A DNA stretch of 21,093 nucleotides from a virus (lineage: Duplodnaviria > Heunggongvirae > Uroviricota > Caudoviricetes). The notes under the pieces were generated by a model, which saw only the letters and a program-made list of their open reading frames with translations, had not been told where the DNA came from and did not search any database. Shown one piece after another: positions 7,236 through 16,679 of the stretch; the first letter of the stretch is position 1, and every line of letters starts with the position of its first letter. The stretch covers positions 1 through 21,093 of the IMG/VR virus record IMGVR_UViG_2579778952_000011; one strand, written 5' to 3'. Made by a program: the position numbers and the translations under genes.

Positions 7236-9632
7236 ATGAGTACCACAACACGAAAATTTAAAACCGTTATCACCGATACGGGTGCAAAAAAATTAGCTCA
7301 GGCAGCCGCGCCAGATGGTAAGCCTGTCCGCCTGACTCATATGGCCGTGGGCGACGGTGGCGGCACGTTGCCCACACCAGACAGTAAGCAGACCCGTCTG
7401 GTGCATGAGGTGTGGCGACATACTGTTAATCGCGTCATCCTGGACGCAACACATCAGAATCGCATTATTGCGGAGCTGGTTATTCCTCCAGAAACGGGCG
7501 GATTCTGGATCCGGGAAATTGGTGTGTTTGATGAGCACGGCGATTTAATCGCGGTGGGCAATACTGCCGAAAGTTACAAGCCAGCCGTTGCCGAAGGGTC
7601 CGGTCGTGCACAAACATTTCGCACCATTCTGACCGTATCCAGCACTGCCACTGTGGCGCTTACCGTGGATAACACCATGGTGATGGCCACAGTGGATTAC
7701 GTGGATAACAAACTGAAAGAGCATGAACAGTCACGACGTCACCCGGATGCCTCGCTGACCGCAAAAGGCTTTGTTCAACTCAGTAGCGCCACTAACAGCG
7801 TGTCTGAAACACAAGCTGCAACGCCGAAAGCAGTAAAGGCCGCGTATGACCTTGCTAACGGGAAATATACTGCGCAGGATGCCAGCACAACGCGAAAAGG
7901 CCTTGTCCAGCTCAGTAGCGCCACCAACAGCGATTCTGAAACGCTGGCGGCAACACCAAAGGCGGTAAAGGCAGCATATGACCTTGCTAACGGGAAATAT
8001 ACCGCACAGGACGCTACCACAGCGCGAAAAGGTCTTATCCAGCTCAGCAGTGCGACTAACAGCACTTCCGAGTCACTGGCGGCAACGCCAAAAGCCGTTA
8101 AGGCCGCGTATGAGCTGGCTAACGGGAAATACACCGCACAGGATGCAACGACAGCACAGAAAGGGATAGTTCAGCTTAGCAACGCGACCAACAGCACATC
8201 TGAAACGCTGGCGGCAACGCCAAAGGCGGTAAAGGCAGCATATGACCTTGCTAACGGGAAATATACCGCACAGGACGCTACCACAGCGCGAAAAGGTCTT
8301 ATCCAGCTCAGCAGTGCGACTAACAGCACTTCCGAGTCACTGGCGGCAACGCCAAAAGCCGTTAAGGCCGCGTATGAGCTGGCTAACGGGAAATACACCG
8401 CACAGGATGCAACGACAGCACAGAAAGGGATAGTTCAGCTTAGCAACGCGACCAACAGCACATCTGAAACGCTGGCGGCAACGCCAAAGGCGGTAAAGGC
8501 AGCATATGACCTTGCTAACGGGAAATATACCGCACAGGACGCTACCACAGCGCGAAAAGGTCTTGTCCAGCTCAGTAGTGCAACCAACAGCACGTCTGAA
8601 ACGCTTGCCGCGACCCCGAAAGCGGTTAAAGCTGCTAATGACAATGCAAACGGGCGTGTGCCCTCTGGACGTAAGGTTAATGGCAAACCACTGACCAATG
8701 ATGTCAATGTTACATCACAGGATATTTTTAACGGTCAGAGTATTAATATTGGTGCAAACCAGAATCTGGATAATTACAAAACGCCGGGGCTGTACCATCA
8801 ACCCCTGAATGCCTATACAAGTGCAGCGCTGAAATACCCAGAGAATCTTGCCGGTACACTGGTTGTGCTTAAAAATGCCGGGATAACACAGATTTACTAT
8901 GTGTATAACACATCCAGAAGCTATACCCGCAGCCAGTACTCAACGGGTGACTGGACAGCATGGACGCCGCAGGATTCATTTCCTGTAGGTGCGGCGATTC
9001 CGTGGCCTTCTGATTCAGTGCCTACAGGCTATGCCGTTATGCAGGGGCAGACTTTTGATAAAACAACCTATCCCCTGCTTGCAGCAGCTTATCCCTCTGG
9101 TGTACTCCCCGATATGCGTGGCTGGACAATCAAGGGCAAACCCGCCAGTGGTCGGGACGTATTGTCTCTGGAACAGGATGGCATTAAATCGCACACCCAC
9201 AGCGCCAGCGCATCCAATACGGATTTGGGTACGAAAACCACATCTTCGTTTGATTACGGTACTAAATCAACGAATAACACAGGTGCACATACCCACAATG
9301 TATCTGGTACTGCAAATAGTGCTGGCGCACATACTCATACCGTGCCATTAAGGAGACCAAACAGTGGCGGTATGAATTTCGACTGGCTGGATGGTGCATC
9401 AAGTGGCACGGTGGTAGGGAATGGAACTGTGCCTTCTTCTGGCGCACATACCCACTCAGTATCAGGCACCGCTACAAGTGCTGGGGCACATGCACACACT
9501 GTTGGTATTGGCGCTCATACGCACTCTGTTGCGATTGGTTCACATGGACATACCATCACCGTTAACGCTGCTGGTAACGCGGAAAACACCGTTAAAAACA
9601 TCGCATTTAATTATATTGTGAGGCTTGCATAA
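7236..9632 (+). CDS. H: Tail fibre protein H with expanded fibre repeats and a His-rich distal tip
   Basis: 798 aa. Conserved P2 H-like N-terminus, seven tandem 44-aa repeats (KG[FLI][26 protein letters not shown]), a tail-collar-like segment ([28 protein letters not shown]) and repeated GAHTH motifs. Confidence 0.9.
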   Translation: MSTTTRKFKTVITDTGAKKLAQAAAPDGKPVRLTHMAVGDGGGTLPTPDSKQTRLVHEVWRHTVNRVILDATHQNRIIAELVIPPETGGFWIREIGVFDEHGDLIAVGNTAESYKPAVAEGSGRAQTFRTILTVSSTATVALTVDNTMVMATVDYVDNKLKEHEQSRRHPDASLTAKGFVQLSSATNSVSETQAATPKAVKAAYDLANGKYTAQDASTTRKGLVQLSSATNSDSETLAATPKAVKAAYDLANGKYTAQDATTARKGLIQLSSATNSTSESLAATPKAVKAAYELANGKYTAQDATTAQKGIVQLSNATNSTSETLAATPKAVKAAYDLANGKYTAQDATTARKGLIQLSSATNSTSESLAATPKAVKAAYELANGKYTAQDATTAQKGIVQLSNATNSTSETLAATPKAVKAAYDLANGKYTAQDATTARKGLVQLSSATNSTSETLAATPKAVKAANDNANGRVPSGRKVNGKPLTNDVNVTSQDIFNGQSINIGANQNLDNYKTPGLYHQPLNAYTSAALKYPENLAGTLVVLKNAGITQIYYVYNTSRSYTRSQYSTGDWTAWTPQDSFPVGAAIPWPSDSVPTGYAVMQGQTFDKTTYPLLAAAYPSGVLPDMRGWTIKGKPASGRDVLSLEQDGIKSHTHSASASNTDLGTKTTSSFDYGTKSTNNTGAHTHNVSGTANSAGAHTHTVPLRRPNSGGMNFDWLDGASSGTVVGNGTVPSSGAHTHSVSGTATSAGAHAHTVGIGAHTHSVAIGSHGHTITVNAAGNAENTVKNIAFNYIVRLA
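7764..8687 (+). repeat. Seven tandem 132-bp coding repeats inside H, including an exact 264-bp tandem duplication
   Basis: Sequence 7957..8300 is identical to 8221..8564 (344 bp at a 264-bp offset). Successive repeat units begin at 7764, 7896, 8028, 8160, 8292, 8424 and 8556. Confidence 0.9.
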
Positions 9633-10249
9633 TGGCATTCAGAATGAGTGAACAATCACGCACTGTAAAAATTTATAACCTGCTGGCCGGAACTAATGAG
9701 TTTATTGGTGAAGGTGACGCATATATTCCACCTCATACAGGGCTGCCAGCTAATTCTACAGATATCGCCCCACCGGAAATTCCTGCTGGCTTTGTGGCAG
9801 TTTTTAACAGTGAAAATGAATCGTGGAATATTGTTGAAGACCATCGTGGTAAAACGGTCTATGACGTGGCATCGGGGGACGCGTTGTTTATTTCTGAACC
9901 CGGACCGCTACCAGAGAATGTCACCTGGTTGTCGCCAGCAGGGGAATATCAGAAGTGGGACGGCGTATCCTGGGTGAAGGATGAGGAAGCAGAAAAACTG
10001 TTTCGGATACGGGAAGCGGAAGAGAAAAAGGCAAGGTTGATCCAGGAGGCAACAGATAACATCGCAATCCTGCAGGATGCAGTTAATCTTGAAATAGCAA
10101 CAAACGAGGAAAATTCACAACTGGATTCCTGGAGAAAATACAGAGTATTAGTGAGTAGAATTGACACCAGTACAGCTCCGGATATCGTATGGCCAGAGCT
10201 GATGAATCAGGGTTATGTGCGGGAGGACGAGCAGATAACTTCAGACTGA
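9632..10249 (+). CDS. G: Tail fibre assembly chaperone (Tfa/gpG-like)
   Basis: TAATG overlap with the H stop; 205 aa; position and size typical of Tfa. AT-rich relative to the tail core genes. Confidence 0.8.
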   Translation: MAFRMSEQSRTVKIYNLLAGTNEFIGEGDAYIPPHTGLPANSTDIAPPEIPAGFVAVFNSENESWNIVEDHRGKTVYDVASGDALFISEPGPLPENVTWLSPAGEYQKWDGVSWVKDEEAEKLFRIREAEEKKARLIQEATDNIAILQDAVNLEIATNEENSQLDSWRKYRVLVSRIDTSTAPDIVWPELMNQGYVREDEQITSD

Positions 10250-10776
10250 AATTTAGTGATGAATGTTGAATCATCAGGAATATCATGCAATACCAATGCA
10301 TGAGCACCTATTGTGACATTGTTTCCTATACGCACTTTGCCACCAAGAATGGTGGCATTACAACCAATGGTCACATTATGTCCTATAACAATATCCATAT
10401 CATTAAAATCACCACGTAGCCCAATAGTTACCCCCGGTTTTATTGAACAATTTTCACCGATTGTTACTTTGTGACCGATAACAACACTGTTGAGATAAGA
10501 AATATCAAAACCTTTCCCTATATTTACAGTTAAAGGGACTGTTACATTATATTTATCAAGAATGAAACGTTCTATTTTCCCCGCAATCTTCCGACAGTAT
10601 CCGCCTTTATCAAAAAGGTATTTGGCTATGCGCCACCAAAATAAATAACGAAGTCTTCTATGTTTTATTGCGCGAACAATTGCCTTTCGCCAGGAGAAAG
10701 GACGCTCGCTACCGATTACTTCATAGTGAATACAGTCTTTAAGTTCATTAATATTCATATCTCTATTATTCAGCAT
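10213..10776 (-). CDS. Hexapeptide-repeat (left-handed beta-helix) acyl/acetyltransferase, CysE/WcaB-like; moron
   Basis: Clear [LIV]-G-x4 hexapeptide repeats ([20 protein letters not shown]...[35 protein letters not shown]) after an N-terminal helical region. Sits in an AT-rich island. Its 3' end overlaps the G stop convergently by 37 bp. Confidence 0.8.
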   Translation of the reverse strand: MLNNRDMNINELKDCIHYEVIGSERPFSWRKAIVRAIKHRRLRYLFWWRIAKYLFDKGGYCRKIAGKIERFILDKYNVTVPLTVNIGKGFDISYLNSVVIGHKVTIGENCSIKPGVTIGLRGDFNDMDIVIGHNVTIGCNATILGGKVRIGNNVTIGAHALVLHDIPDDSTFITKFQSEVICSSSRT

Positions 10777-10899
10777 AAGATAATCATGTGACCAATTATT
10801 GTAATAATTTTAATGGTATGTTTCTACTGGCTATCCAGCGTGTCTGATACCCAGTAACAAATCGTTAACACAGGTGCAATCAAATGGTGAGTGTTAAGA

Positions 10900-10939
10900 C
10901 TGGCCACTTATTACCAGGTATGAGGGTATGAGTGGCCAG
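10900..10939 (-). other. 9-bp inverted repeat (ctggccact / agtggccag) enclosing a tandem ggtatgag ggtatgag, immediately 3' of U
   Basis: Seen directly in the sequence. Could be a weak terminator or protein-binding site at the left edge of the minus-strand tail block. Confidence 0.3.
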
Positions 10940-10946
10940 CATTAAA

Positions 10947-11441
10947 TCAGAACAGCCCTTTAACTGAACTGGCCGCGCTGTTAAGGGATGATGTCACTTT
11001 ATCTTTGAAGCCGGACAGAATATCGCTGAACGATGAGGATTGCAGGCGCTCCCGCAAATCCTCATCACAGCGTTCAAGGGTCAGTGAAAATTCTATCTTT
11101 TTCGCCTTACCGTAGCGATCAAACTCGGAACGGGTCGTATTCGTTTCGGTCAGGACATACATGCCGTAAATCTGCCCGACGCCATCAATAAGAGGCCAGG
11201 GGCGTCCTGTATACGCCTGCGTGGTCAGCAGCGACAGCGACACTTCGCCACCTGTAATTTCAGGATAAAGCACACCAGAAAGAACGATGCGATCATCACC
11301 TGCACCGATATACTGCCAGCTTGCTGAACGGTTAACGCGTTCATTTTTCACATGCCGCCAGCTTTTGTTTTGCTGTAACTGCTGATGCGGCAGCGTGCGC
11401 AGCTCAAAAACAAACATGCCGTAGATCATCATCATGGCCAT
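10947..11441 (-). CDS. U: Tail protein U
   Basis: A roughly 162-aa ORF directly downstream of T on the minus strand. GAGGAG Shine-Dalgarno; the start is probably the second ATG at 11435. Confidence 0.75.
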   Translation of the reverse strand: MAMMMIYGMFVFELRTLPHQQLQQNKSWRHVKNERVNRSASWQYIGAGDDRIVLSGVLYPEITGGEVSLSLLTTQAYTGRPWPLIDGVGQIYGMYVLTETNTTRSEFDRYGKAKKIEFSLTLERCDEDLRERLQSSSFSDILSGFKDKVTSSLNSAASSVKGLF

Positions 11442-11447
11442 GACTCC

Positions 11448-14291
11448 TCAATCTTTATCGTAAAAACTGCCACGCCCGGCATGGGCACGCCGTTCCATTT
11501 CTGCCCTGACCATTTCACCGACCAGTTTCGCCAGTTCGCGGGGATTCTGCGTAACAACGTTATGCAGATGAACATGAATTTCACCACCAAATCCGGAGGC
11601 AACAGGCTCCCGGTTACGGGAAGTTGCAGGAACTGATGCCACTGGCGATCGTATGGCCTCCGCCACCGGGTGAGAGCTGGCCGCAACAACAGGGACCAGC
11701 GCCGGAGGCAGCGGAGCCGGAACCACGGGGGTGATATTAATTGCGGGGGCAGGCTTACTGACCTGTGTAATCTTCCGCTCCTGCCACTCCCCACGAACAG
11801 CAAGTGCGCGGGGCAGGTTCTTAAAGACAATATCGCCGGGGCCAATGCGTTTTTTCGTCTCATCAACCAGCTTACCTGTGTTATCAGCAATTTTGCTGAG
11901 TCTGCGTAGCGTCCCGGTATTGCTGTCTGTGAGCGGTTTGTTGTCTTTGGGTTTATCACCTCCGGTGCCATTGCCATTTTCCACAGGCTTCGGCGGATTG
12001 ATTTTCGCCAGGTCCCCCTGAAGTAAGGCTACCTTGTCCTGAAGAATGGCCGCACGCTGTGCGTCTTCGATTTTCTTGCGCGCCCTTTCCGCTTCATCCG
12101 GAAGGACGCCAAGTTTTTCAAGTATCCACGCCAGCGTATCCAGTAGCATTTTTGCAGGTGTCAGAACAAGTTGTAACGCACCGCCAAGAACGTTACCGAA
12201 TATCTCGCCAGCACTGGTACATTTATCCAGCGTTTCCTTGCTGGACTCCATCGGTGACAGTAGCGATTTAAACCAGTTAAACACCTGGCTGATCCCGCTT
12301 CCGATTGCGTCAAAAACAGGACCAAACCGTTCAAAAGTTTCGCGCAACGGGGTCAGCCTTTCCATAATCCCGCTGAACACCCCGGCAAAAAATGCCCTGA
12401 TGGGATCCCAGTATTTCCAGATAAGAACGGCAGCTCCGGCAAGCGCAGCCACGATAAGACCAACCGGACTGAACAGCGCCCCGATAGCACCTCCCAGCAA
12501 AGAAACGGAACCCGTCACCATTCCCCATAGTGCTGGCAGGAGCCTGACAGCATTCATTGATCCGGTCAGGAGGGAAAAACCAAGACGCAGTTTTGCCAGC
12601 GGGCCAGCAAGCACACCAAGAGCAAGCGACAACGAGCCTACGGTTGCAGTCACTGCCAGCAGCGCACCGCCTGCAATCAGTAGCTGGCGCGTCAGTACAG
12701 GATGGGCCTGCGCCAGTACCGTCACCTTTGAGACCACCCGTGTTAGCCACTGCGTGACAGAACGCAGCGGACCGTCAACCAGATCACTGATGCGAATACG
12801 AAGACCTTCCCATGCGCTGTCGAGATTTTTCAGGTCGCCATCAAGGTTGTCGGCCATAACCTTTGCCGTGCGTTCAGCCTCACCGCGTGCGCCCTCAAGT
12901 TCTTTTCTCAGTTTGGGTAAGGAACCGTCACCCGCCGCATCAACGAGTGCCATAAACGATGTGAAAGCCTCTTCCCCGGCGATATCCTTAAAGAAGGATA
13001 CCCGGTCAACTTCCCCGTATTTGCGGGTAGCTTTATAAAGGTCAGCCAGCAGATCTTCCATCGGGCGCATTTTGCCCCCGGCATCCGAAACGGACACGCC
13101 CAGCTCTTTCAGAGCTTCTGCCGCCGCCTTTGGCGGTGATGCCAGACGAGCCAGGCTGGCACGCATTGCCGTCCCGGCATCACTCCCTCTGATGCCCATA
13201 TTCGCCAGCACGCCCGCCATCGCTGCGGTCTGCTCCAGCGATATTCCCAGCTTACCCGCCACCGGACCTGCATATTTCATGGTTTCGCCCAGTGCGCGAA
13301 GGTCAGTGTTGGTACGGGTAAACGCTGCGGTGAGTGTGTCACCGACCCGGTCCATCTGGTCAGCAGAAAGGCCGAACTGCGTCAGGATATTTGAGCCAAT
13401 ATCTGCCGTCTCGCCGAGATCCATACCGCCAGCCGTTGCCATGCTCAGCACGCCGGGAAGCGCAGCCTGAATGGCCTGCGGAGTGAAGCCAGCCATTGCA
13501 AGAAATGCCTGTCCACTGGCGGCATCGCCTGCGGTGAACTGCGTTTCAGAGCCAAGTTTTAACGCCTGCTCACGCAGCGCCTTAAACTGCGGGCTGTTCT
13601 GGTCGATTCGCGTCAGTGCCTGAACGCGGGACATCTCTTTGCCGAACCCGATCGCAGGCTGCAAAAAACGCCCGGCAGCATAGCCGCCCGCCGCTGCCGC
13701 ACCAATTGCCAGTGCACCACCTGTTTTCAGTTTTCCCGCTGTTTCCTGCGCGCGCGAATACCGCTCACGCGCCCGCGTTACACGCGCAAGCGCCTGCCGT
13801 TCGCGTTCAAGCTGATTGTTGTACTGTTCGGTGCGTCTGATGGCCTGCTGGATGGTGTTATCGCTGCCTGTCAGGGAAATGCCGTGGCGTTTCAGCTCTC
13901 CGCCAAGCTCCCGCATTTTCTGAATTTCCCGCGTGCGCGATTCATTCAGGCGTTCAAGCCGGGTGCTTAACTGCTGCATCAGCTTTTGTTGTTTTTCGCT
14001 GAGCACTGTACCCGTGCGTTGTAACTGATTAAGGGCGTTAAGCTGGCGTCGTGCTTTCACGATACCCGCATCCGCTTTACTGACAGCGTCGCGGGCGCGC
14101 TCAAATGAACGCGCCTGACGCTCGAGATTTTTGATCGCCCCCTGCGTTCGCTGGATGGAGTCACCAAACTGCCCCATCAGGCGGCGGGCGTTTTCGGCAG
14201 GCTGGGTCAGCCTGTCAACGGCGCTGAAAGCGACCCGGATATCAAGAGTCTTCATTGTCTGCATTCCCGCTGCGAAGTGCCGCCCGCTCAC
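11448..14291 (-). CDS. T: Tail tape measure protein T
   Basis: 947 aa, with an N-terminal coiled-coil-rich region, central hydrophobic/Gly-Ala-rich segments and a long helical region; lies downstream of E/E'. Confidence 0.9.
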   Translation of the reverse strand: MSGRHFAAGMQTMKTLDIRVAFSAVDRLTQPAENARRLMGQFGDSIQRTQGAIKNLERQARSFERARDAVSKADAGIVKARRQLNALNQLQRTGTVLSEKQQKLMQQLSTRLERLNESRTREIQKMRELGGELKRHGISLTGSDNTIQQAIRRTEQYNNQLERERQALARVTRARERYSRAQETAGKLKTGGALAIGAAAAGGYAAGRFLQPAIGFGKEMSRVQALTRIDQNSPQFKALREQALKLGSETQFTAGDAASGQAFLAMAGFTPQAIQAALPGVLSMATAGGMDLGETADIGSNILTQFGLSADQMDRVGDTLTAAFTRTNTDLRALGETMKYAGPVAGKLGISLEQTAAMAGVLANMGIRGSDAGTAMRASLARLASPPKAAAEALKELGVSVSDAGGKMRPMEDLLADLYKATRKYGEVDRVSFFKDIAGEEAFTSFMALVDAAGDGSLPKLRKELEGARGEAERTAKVMADNLDGDLKNLDSAWEGLRIRISDLVDGPLRSVTQWLTRVVSKVTVLAQAHPVLTRQLLIAGGALLAVTATVGSLSLALGVLAGPLAKLRLGFSLLTGSMNAVRLLPALWGMVTGSVSLLGGAIGALFSPVGLIVAALAGAAVLIWKYWDPIRAFFAGVFSGIMERLTPLRETFERFGPVFDAIGSGISQVFNWFKSLLSPMESSKETLDKCTSAGEIFGNVLGGALQLVLTPAKMLLDTLAWILEKLGVLPDEAERARKKIEDAQRAAILQDKVALLQGDLAKINPPKPVENGNGTGGDKPKDNKPLTDSNTGTLRRLSKIADNTGKLVDETKKRIGPGDIVFKNLPRALAVRGEWQERKITQVSKPAPAINITPVVPAPLPPALVPVVAASSHPVAEAIRSPVASVPATSRNREPVASGFGGEIHVHLHNVVTQNPRELAKLVGEMVRAEMERRAHAGRGSFYDKD

Positions 14292-14771
14292 GCCAGCTAA
14301 CCACTTCGCCGGGCGTCATCATGAAGATTTCGGCGGGCGACCAGTTAAAAATAACGGCAATATCTGCCACAAAGTCTTCTATGTGCTCAAAGCACACAAC
14401 CGTGATCAGGCTTCCGTCGCCTGTTCGTTCTTCCCGCCAGAGTCCGCACCGCTCAAAAAATTTACGGCAACCACACATAACTGAATAAAGTCACGGGATG
14501 CCATTTTTTTGATCGTCACTTCATCCAGTCGCGGTGATGTCACTCGTGACAGCAGCGTAAACATGGATTCCGCTTTCAGATTCAGCACATCAGACAGCGA
14601 CAAATCTCGCAGAGATCCAGCCTGCTCAATAGCCCCGGTGATCTCCACATACGTGATTTTTTCGCCGCCTCGCTCAATTGGTTGGGTAAGTTTTACGCCA
14701 CGCTCACTGGTTTCTTTCACAGTGTCAGCAACTACCGTGTTTTCGGTATCGATGTTTTTCGTCTCTTTCAT
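14242..14771 (-). CDS. E': E+E' tail chaperone produced by a programmed -1 frameshift
   Basis: The -1 frame is open from the slippery site T.TTT.TTG (minus strand; plus-strand coordinates 14454..14460) to 14242, overlapping the T start. This is the same arrangement as P2 E/E' and lambda G/GT. Confidence 0.55.
14406..14771 (-). CDS. E: Tail assembly chaperone E
   Basis: A 121-aa ORF between FII and T that ends just after a TTTTTTG slippery heptamer. Confidence 0.75.
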   Translation of the reverse strand: MKETKNIDTENTVVADTVKETSERGVKLTQPIERGGEKITYVEITGAIEQAGSLRDLSLSDVLNLKAESMFTLLSRVTSPRLDEVTIKKMASRDFIQLCVVAVNFLSGADSGGKNEQATEA

Positions 14772-14825
14772 CAGGAAACTCCTTTCAGTCAGAGGCGACG
14801 CACTGCGCCGCCTGCATATTACTTA

Positions 14826-15338
14826 TCAGCCAAGCCCAAGCGCGGAACGGATGCGATCGGGCACAATGTCCTTGCCGTCCTTCCGGTAAATGAAGTTCAG
14901 CAGGTCAATCTCCCACAACGGACGATCGTTAACACTCAGCTTGTAGTAGGTGTTTTTAATGGCGTAAGTGTGTGATGTGGCTTCGCCCTGTTTGGCTTCC
15001 CCCATATCAATTTCCGTCACGCGTCCGCGCATTTCGACTTCATACAGGTCGCTTTCTGCATCGGTGTAGTATTCACCCGCAAAACGCAGTAGCGTGCCGT
15101 CAATCGTGCCGCCATACTTAAGGAACAGCTCACGAACTGCGCCCCCCATGACAAAGCTCGCATCAAGCGCGGAGTCGTCCAGACCGAGATCAATACTTAC
15201 CGCACCCATCATGCCACCACCCCGGTAGCTGTCGGTTTTGCGCGTCAGTTTAGGCAGGGTGACGGACGTCACCTTACCCACTTCGTTTTCACCATCCACA
15301 AACAGCGTAAAAAAGCGAAGATGTTTTGGTACAGCCAT
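14826..15338 (-). CDS. FII: Tail tube protein FII
   Basis: A 170-aa ORF directly after the sheath gene with an overlapping stop/start; its size matches P2 FII. Confidence 0.85.
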   Translation of the reverse strand: MAVPKHLRFFTLFVDGENEVGKVTSVTLPKLTRKTDSYRGGGMMGAVSIDLGLDDSALDASFVMGGAVRELFLKYGGTIDGTLLRFAGEYYTDAESDLYEVEMRGRVTEIDMGEAKQGEATSHTYAIKNTYYKLSVNDRPLWEIDLLNFIYRKDGKDIVPDRIRSALGLG

Positions 15339-16522
15339 CAGGCACCTCCCAGCACCGCAAATGCGGGACCAAAGAATTCATCAGTAAACGACTGGTAAAG
15401 CTCCATGTCTTCCAGCGGAGGAACGGGCGTATATTTGTAGCGAATACGCACACGCCCCTGACGTAAATCCGTGGTGCTGTTATCCACCACGTCATACCAG
15501 CACGACGCCCCAATCAGTTTCCCGGCAGTAACCAGTGAATCCAGTTTTGCCCTGATGGCACTGATAACATCCTTCACGTTCGCAGGCGTCAGTGGACTAT
15601 CGATGGTTTCAAACTGCGCTTCCGCAATTGAATCAGCCAGCACCTGTGCGGTTCGGGTATACACCTCAAAGATGTAGGCGTTCGTTTCCGGTGTGCGGTT
15701 GCCCCAGAAGCGGAACCCGTTGCGACGAATAATGGTCGTGATTTCTTTGTTGTTGAGGCTGTTGGCATCACTGTCTTCGGCCTGCAACGACCAGAACACA
15801 TGCCTGGACATCCCCAGCACATTTTTAACCGGAACGTTGGACAGCGATTTGTGCCAGCCCTGCTCATGGTCAATGTACGCACGAAGGCCGCACGCATAGG
15901 CAGGCGCGGGGAACGTTTCGTTTTTGCCACTTTTCGGGTTGTAGGCGATGAAGTCCGGCCATAAGAGCATCACCTCACGTTCGTTGAATTTCTGGCGGTA
16001 GGTAATCGCCTCAGCCATCGTGTTACAGCCGTGACATGAGGCATACACAAACGCGCGCAGTTTACCCGCAATCACGCACAGGGATTTTGTTACCGCCTCC
16101 GTGTCCAGCTCCGGCGCGGCCAGAATACGCGGACGGTATCCGATGCTTTCATCCTGCTCTGCAACAAGCAGCGCATACATCCCCGTATAGCTGCCGTCAG
16201 ATTCAGAACCACCGATAACCAGTTGATCCTGCGTTTTTCCGTCTTCTTCTTTGTGTTCAGCCACGCGAACGACGATCACCTTTGTACTCACCTGGTCTGC
16301 GATGGCCTTAAGCGCACGATAAAGCGTCCCCGTTGTCCCGCATTTTCCCAGCACGTCATTGACGCGGGTCAGCAGTGTGGGCTTGTTCAGCGGGAACAGC
16401 TTCGCGTCCGCATCATCCGCCGTTGCCACGATACCGATAACGCTGGAATCAACATCGTTAATCGCTGTTACCAGGTCGGTATTTTCCGTAACACGGGCAC
16501 CATGAAAACGAGTTTCACTCAT
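15338..16522 (-). CDS. FI: Contractile tail sheath protein FI
   Basis: 394 aa (P2 FI is about 396), with AAGGGG Shine-Dalgarno 8 nt before the ATG; first gene of the minus-strand tail block. Confidence 0.9.
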   Translation of the reverse strand: MSETRFHGARVTENTDLVTAINDVDSSVIGIVATADDADAKLFPLNKPTLLTRVNDVLGKCGTTGTLYRALKAIADQVSTKVIVVRVAEHKEEDGKTQDQLVIGGSESDGSYTGMYALLVAEQDESIGYRPRILAAPELDTEAVTKSLCVIAGKLRAFVYASCHGCNTMAEAITYRQKFNEREVMLLWPDFIAYNPKSGKNETFPAPAYACGLRAYIDHEQGWHKSLSNVPVKNVLGMSRHVFWSLQAEDSDANSLNNKEITTIIRRNGFRFWGNRTPETNAYIFEVYTRTAQVLADSIAEAQFETIDSPLTPANVKDVISAIRAKLDSLVTAGKLIGASCWYDVVDNSTTDLRQGRVRIRYKYTPVPPLEDMELYQSFTDEFFGPAFAVLGGA

Positions 16523-16679
16523 AGCTTCAGCCCCTTGTATCCGTTAAATGATTCGGCAACAATCATCACCCACCACGCGCGTAATCTCACCCCTGCGCCG
16601 TTCTCTCGCCACGGCGACAACAAAAAGCAGTAACCCCCTCCGCACGCACATGCGACCATGCCGCACAGGGAGGGAGCAG

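Noticed and set aside
6222-7251. Minus-strand ORFs of 198 and 174 aa antisense to baseplate genes J and I
   Set aside because: They are embedded antisense in tightly coupled, well-supported baseplate genes and have no start context or recognisable motifs.
7764-8687. Regular tandem repeats that could look like a CRISPR array or an intergenic satellite
   Set aside because: The repeats are 132-bp units lying in frame inside the tail fibre ORF and encode the canonical fibre repeat. There are no short direct repeats separated by unique spacers.
9696-9977. 93-aa plus-strand ORF and 62-72 aa minus-strand ORFs overlapping the tail fibre chaperone gene
   Set aside because: These are out-of-frame overlaps within an AT-rich gene, with no ribosome-binding site or motif support.
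9632-10776. Possible invertible tail-fibre segment (Mu G / P1 C type) with an alternative fibre-chaperone pair and a DNA invertase
   Set aside because: The convergent minus-strand ORF after G is a hexapeptide acetyltransferase, not an alternative Tfa or fibre C-terminus. No Gin/Cin/Pin-like serine recombinase gene or flanking inverted repeats were seen.
12046-13038. 330-aa plus-strand ORF, and several 60-140 aa ORFs, lying inside and antisense to the tape measure gene
   Set aside because: They are Ser/Ala/Pro/Arg-rich and low-complexity, have no ribosome-binding sites, and are fully embedded antisense in a GC-rich gene with a clear functional assignment. Such ORFs are typical spurious antisense frames.
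16523-16679. Ogr-dependent late promoter motif (TGT-N12-ACA dyad) upstream of FI or D, and upstream of V
   Set aside because: Scanning by eye found no exact TGT-N12-ACA in the FI/D intergenic region or in 4680..4881. My recollection of the consensus and my manual scan are both fallible, so I do not annotate a late promoter.
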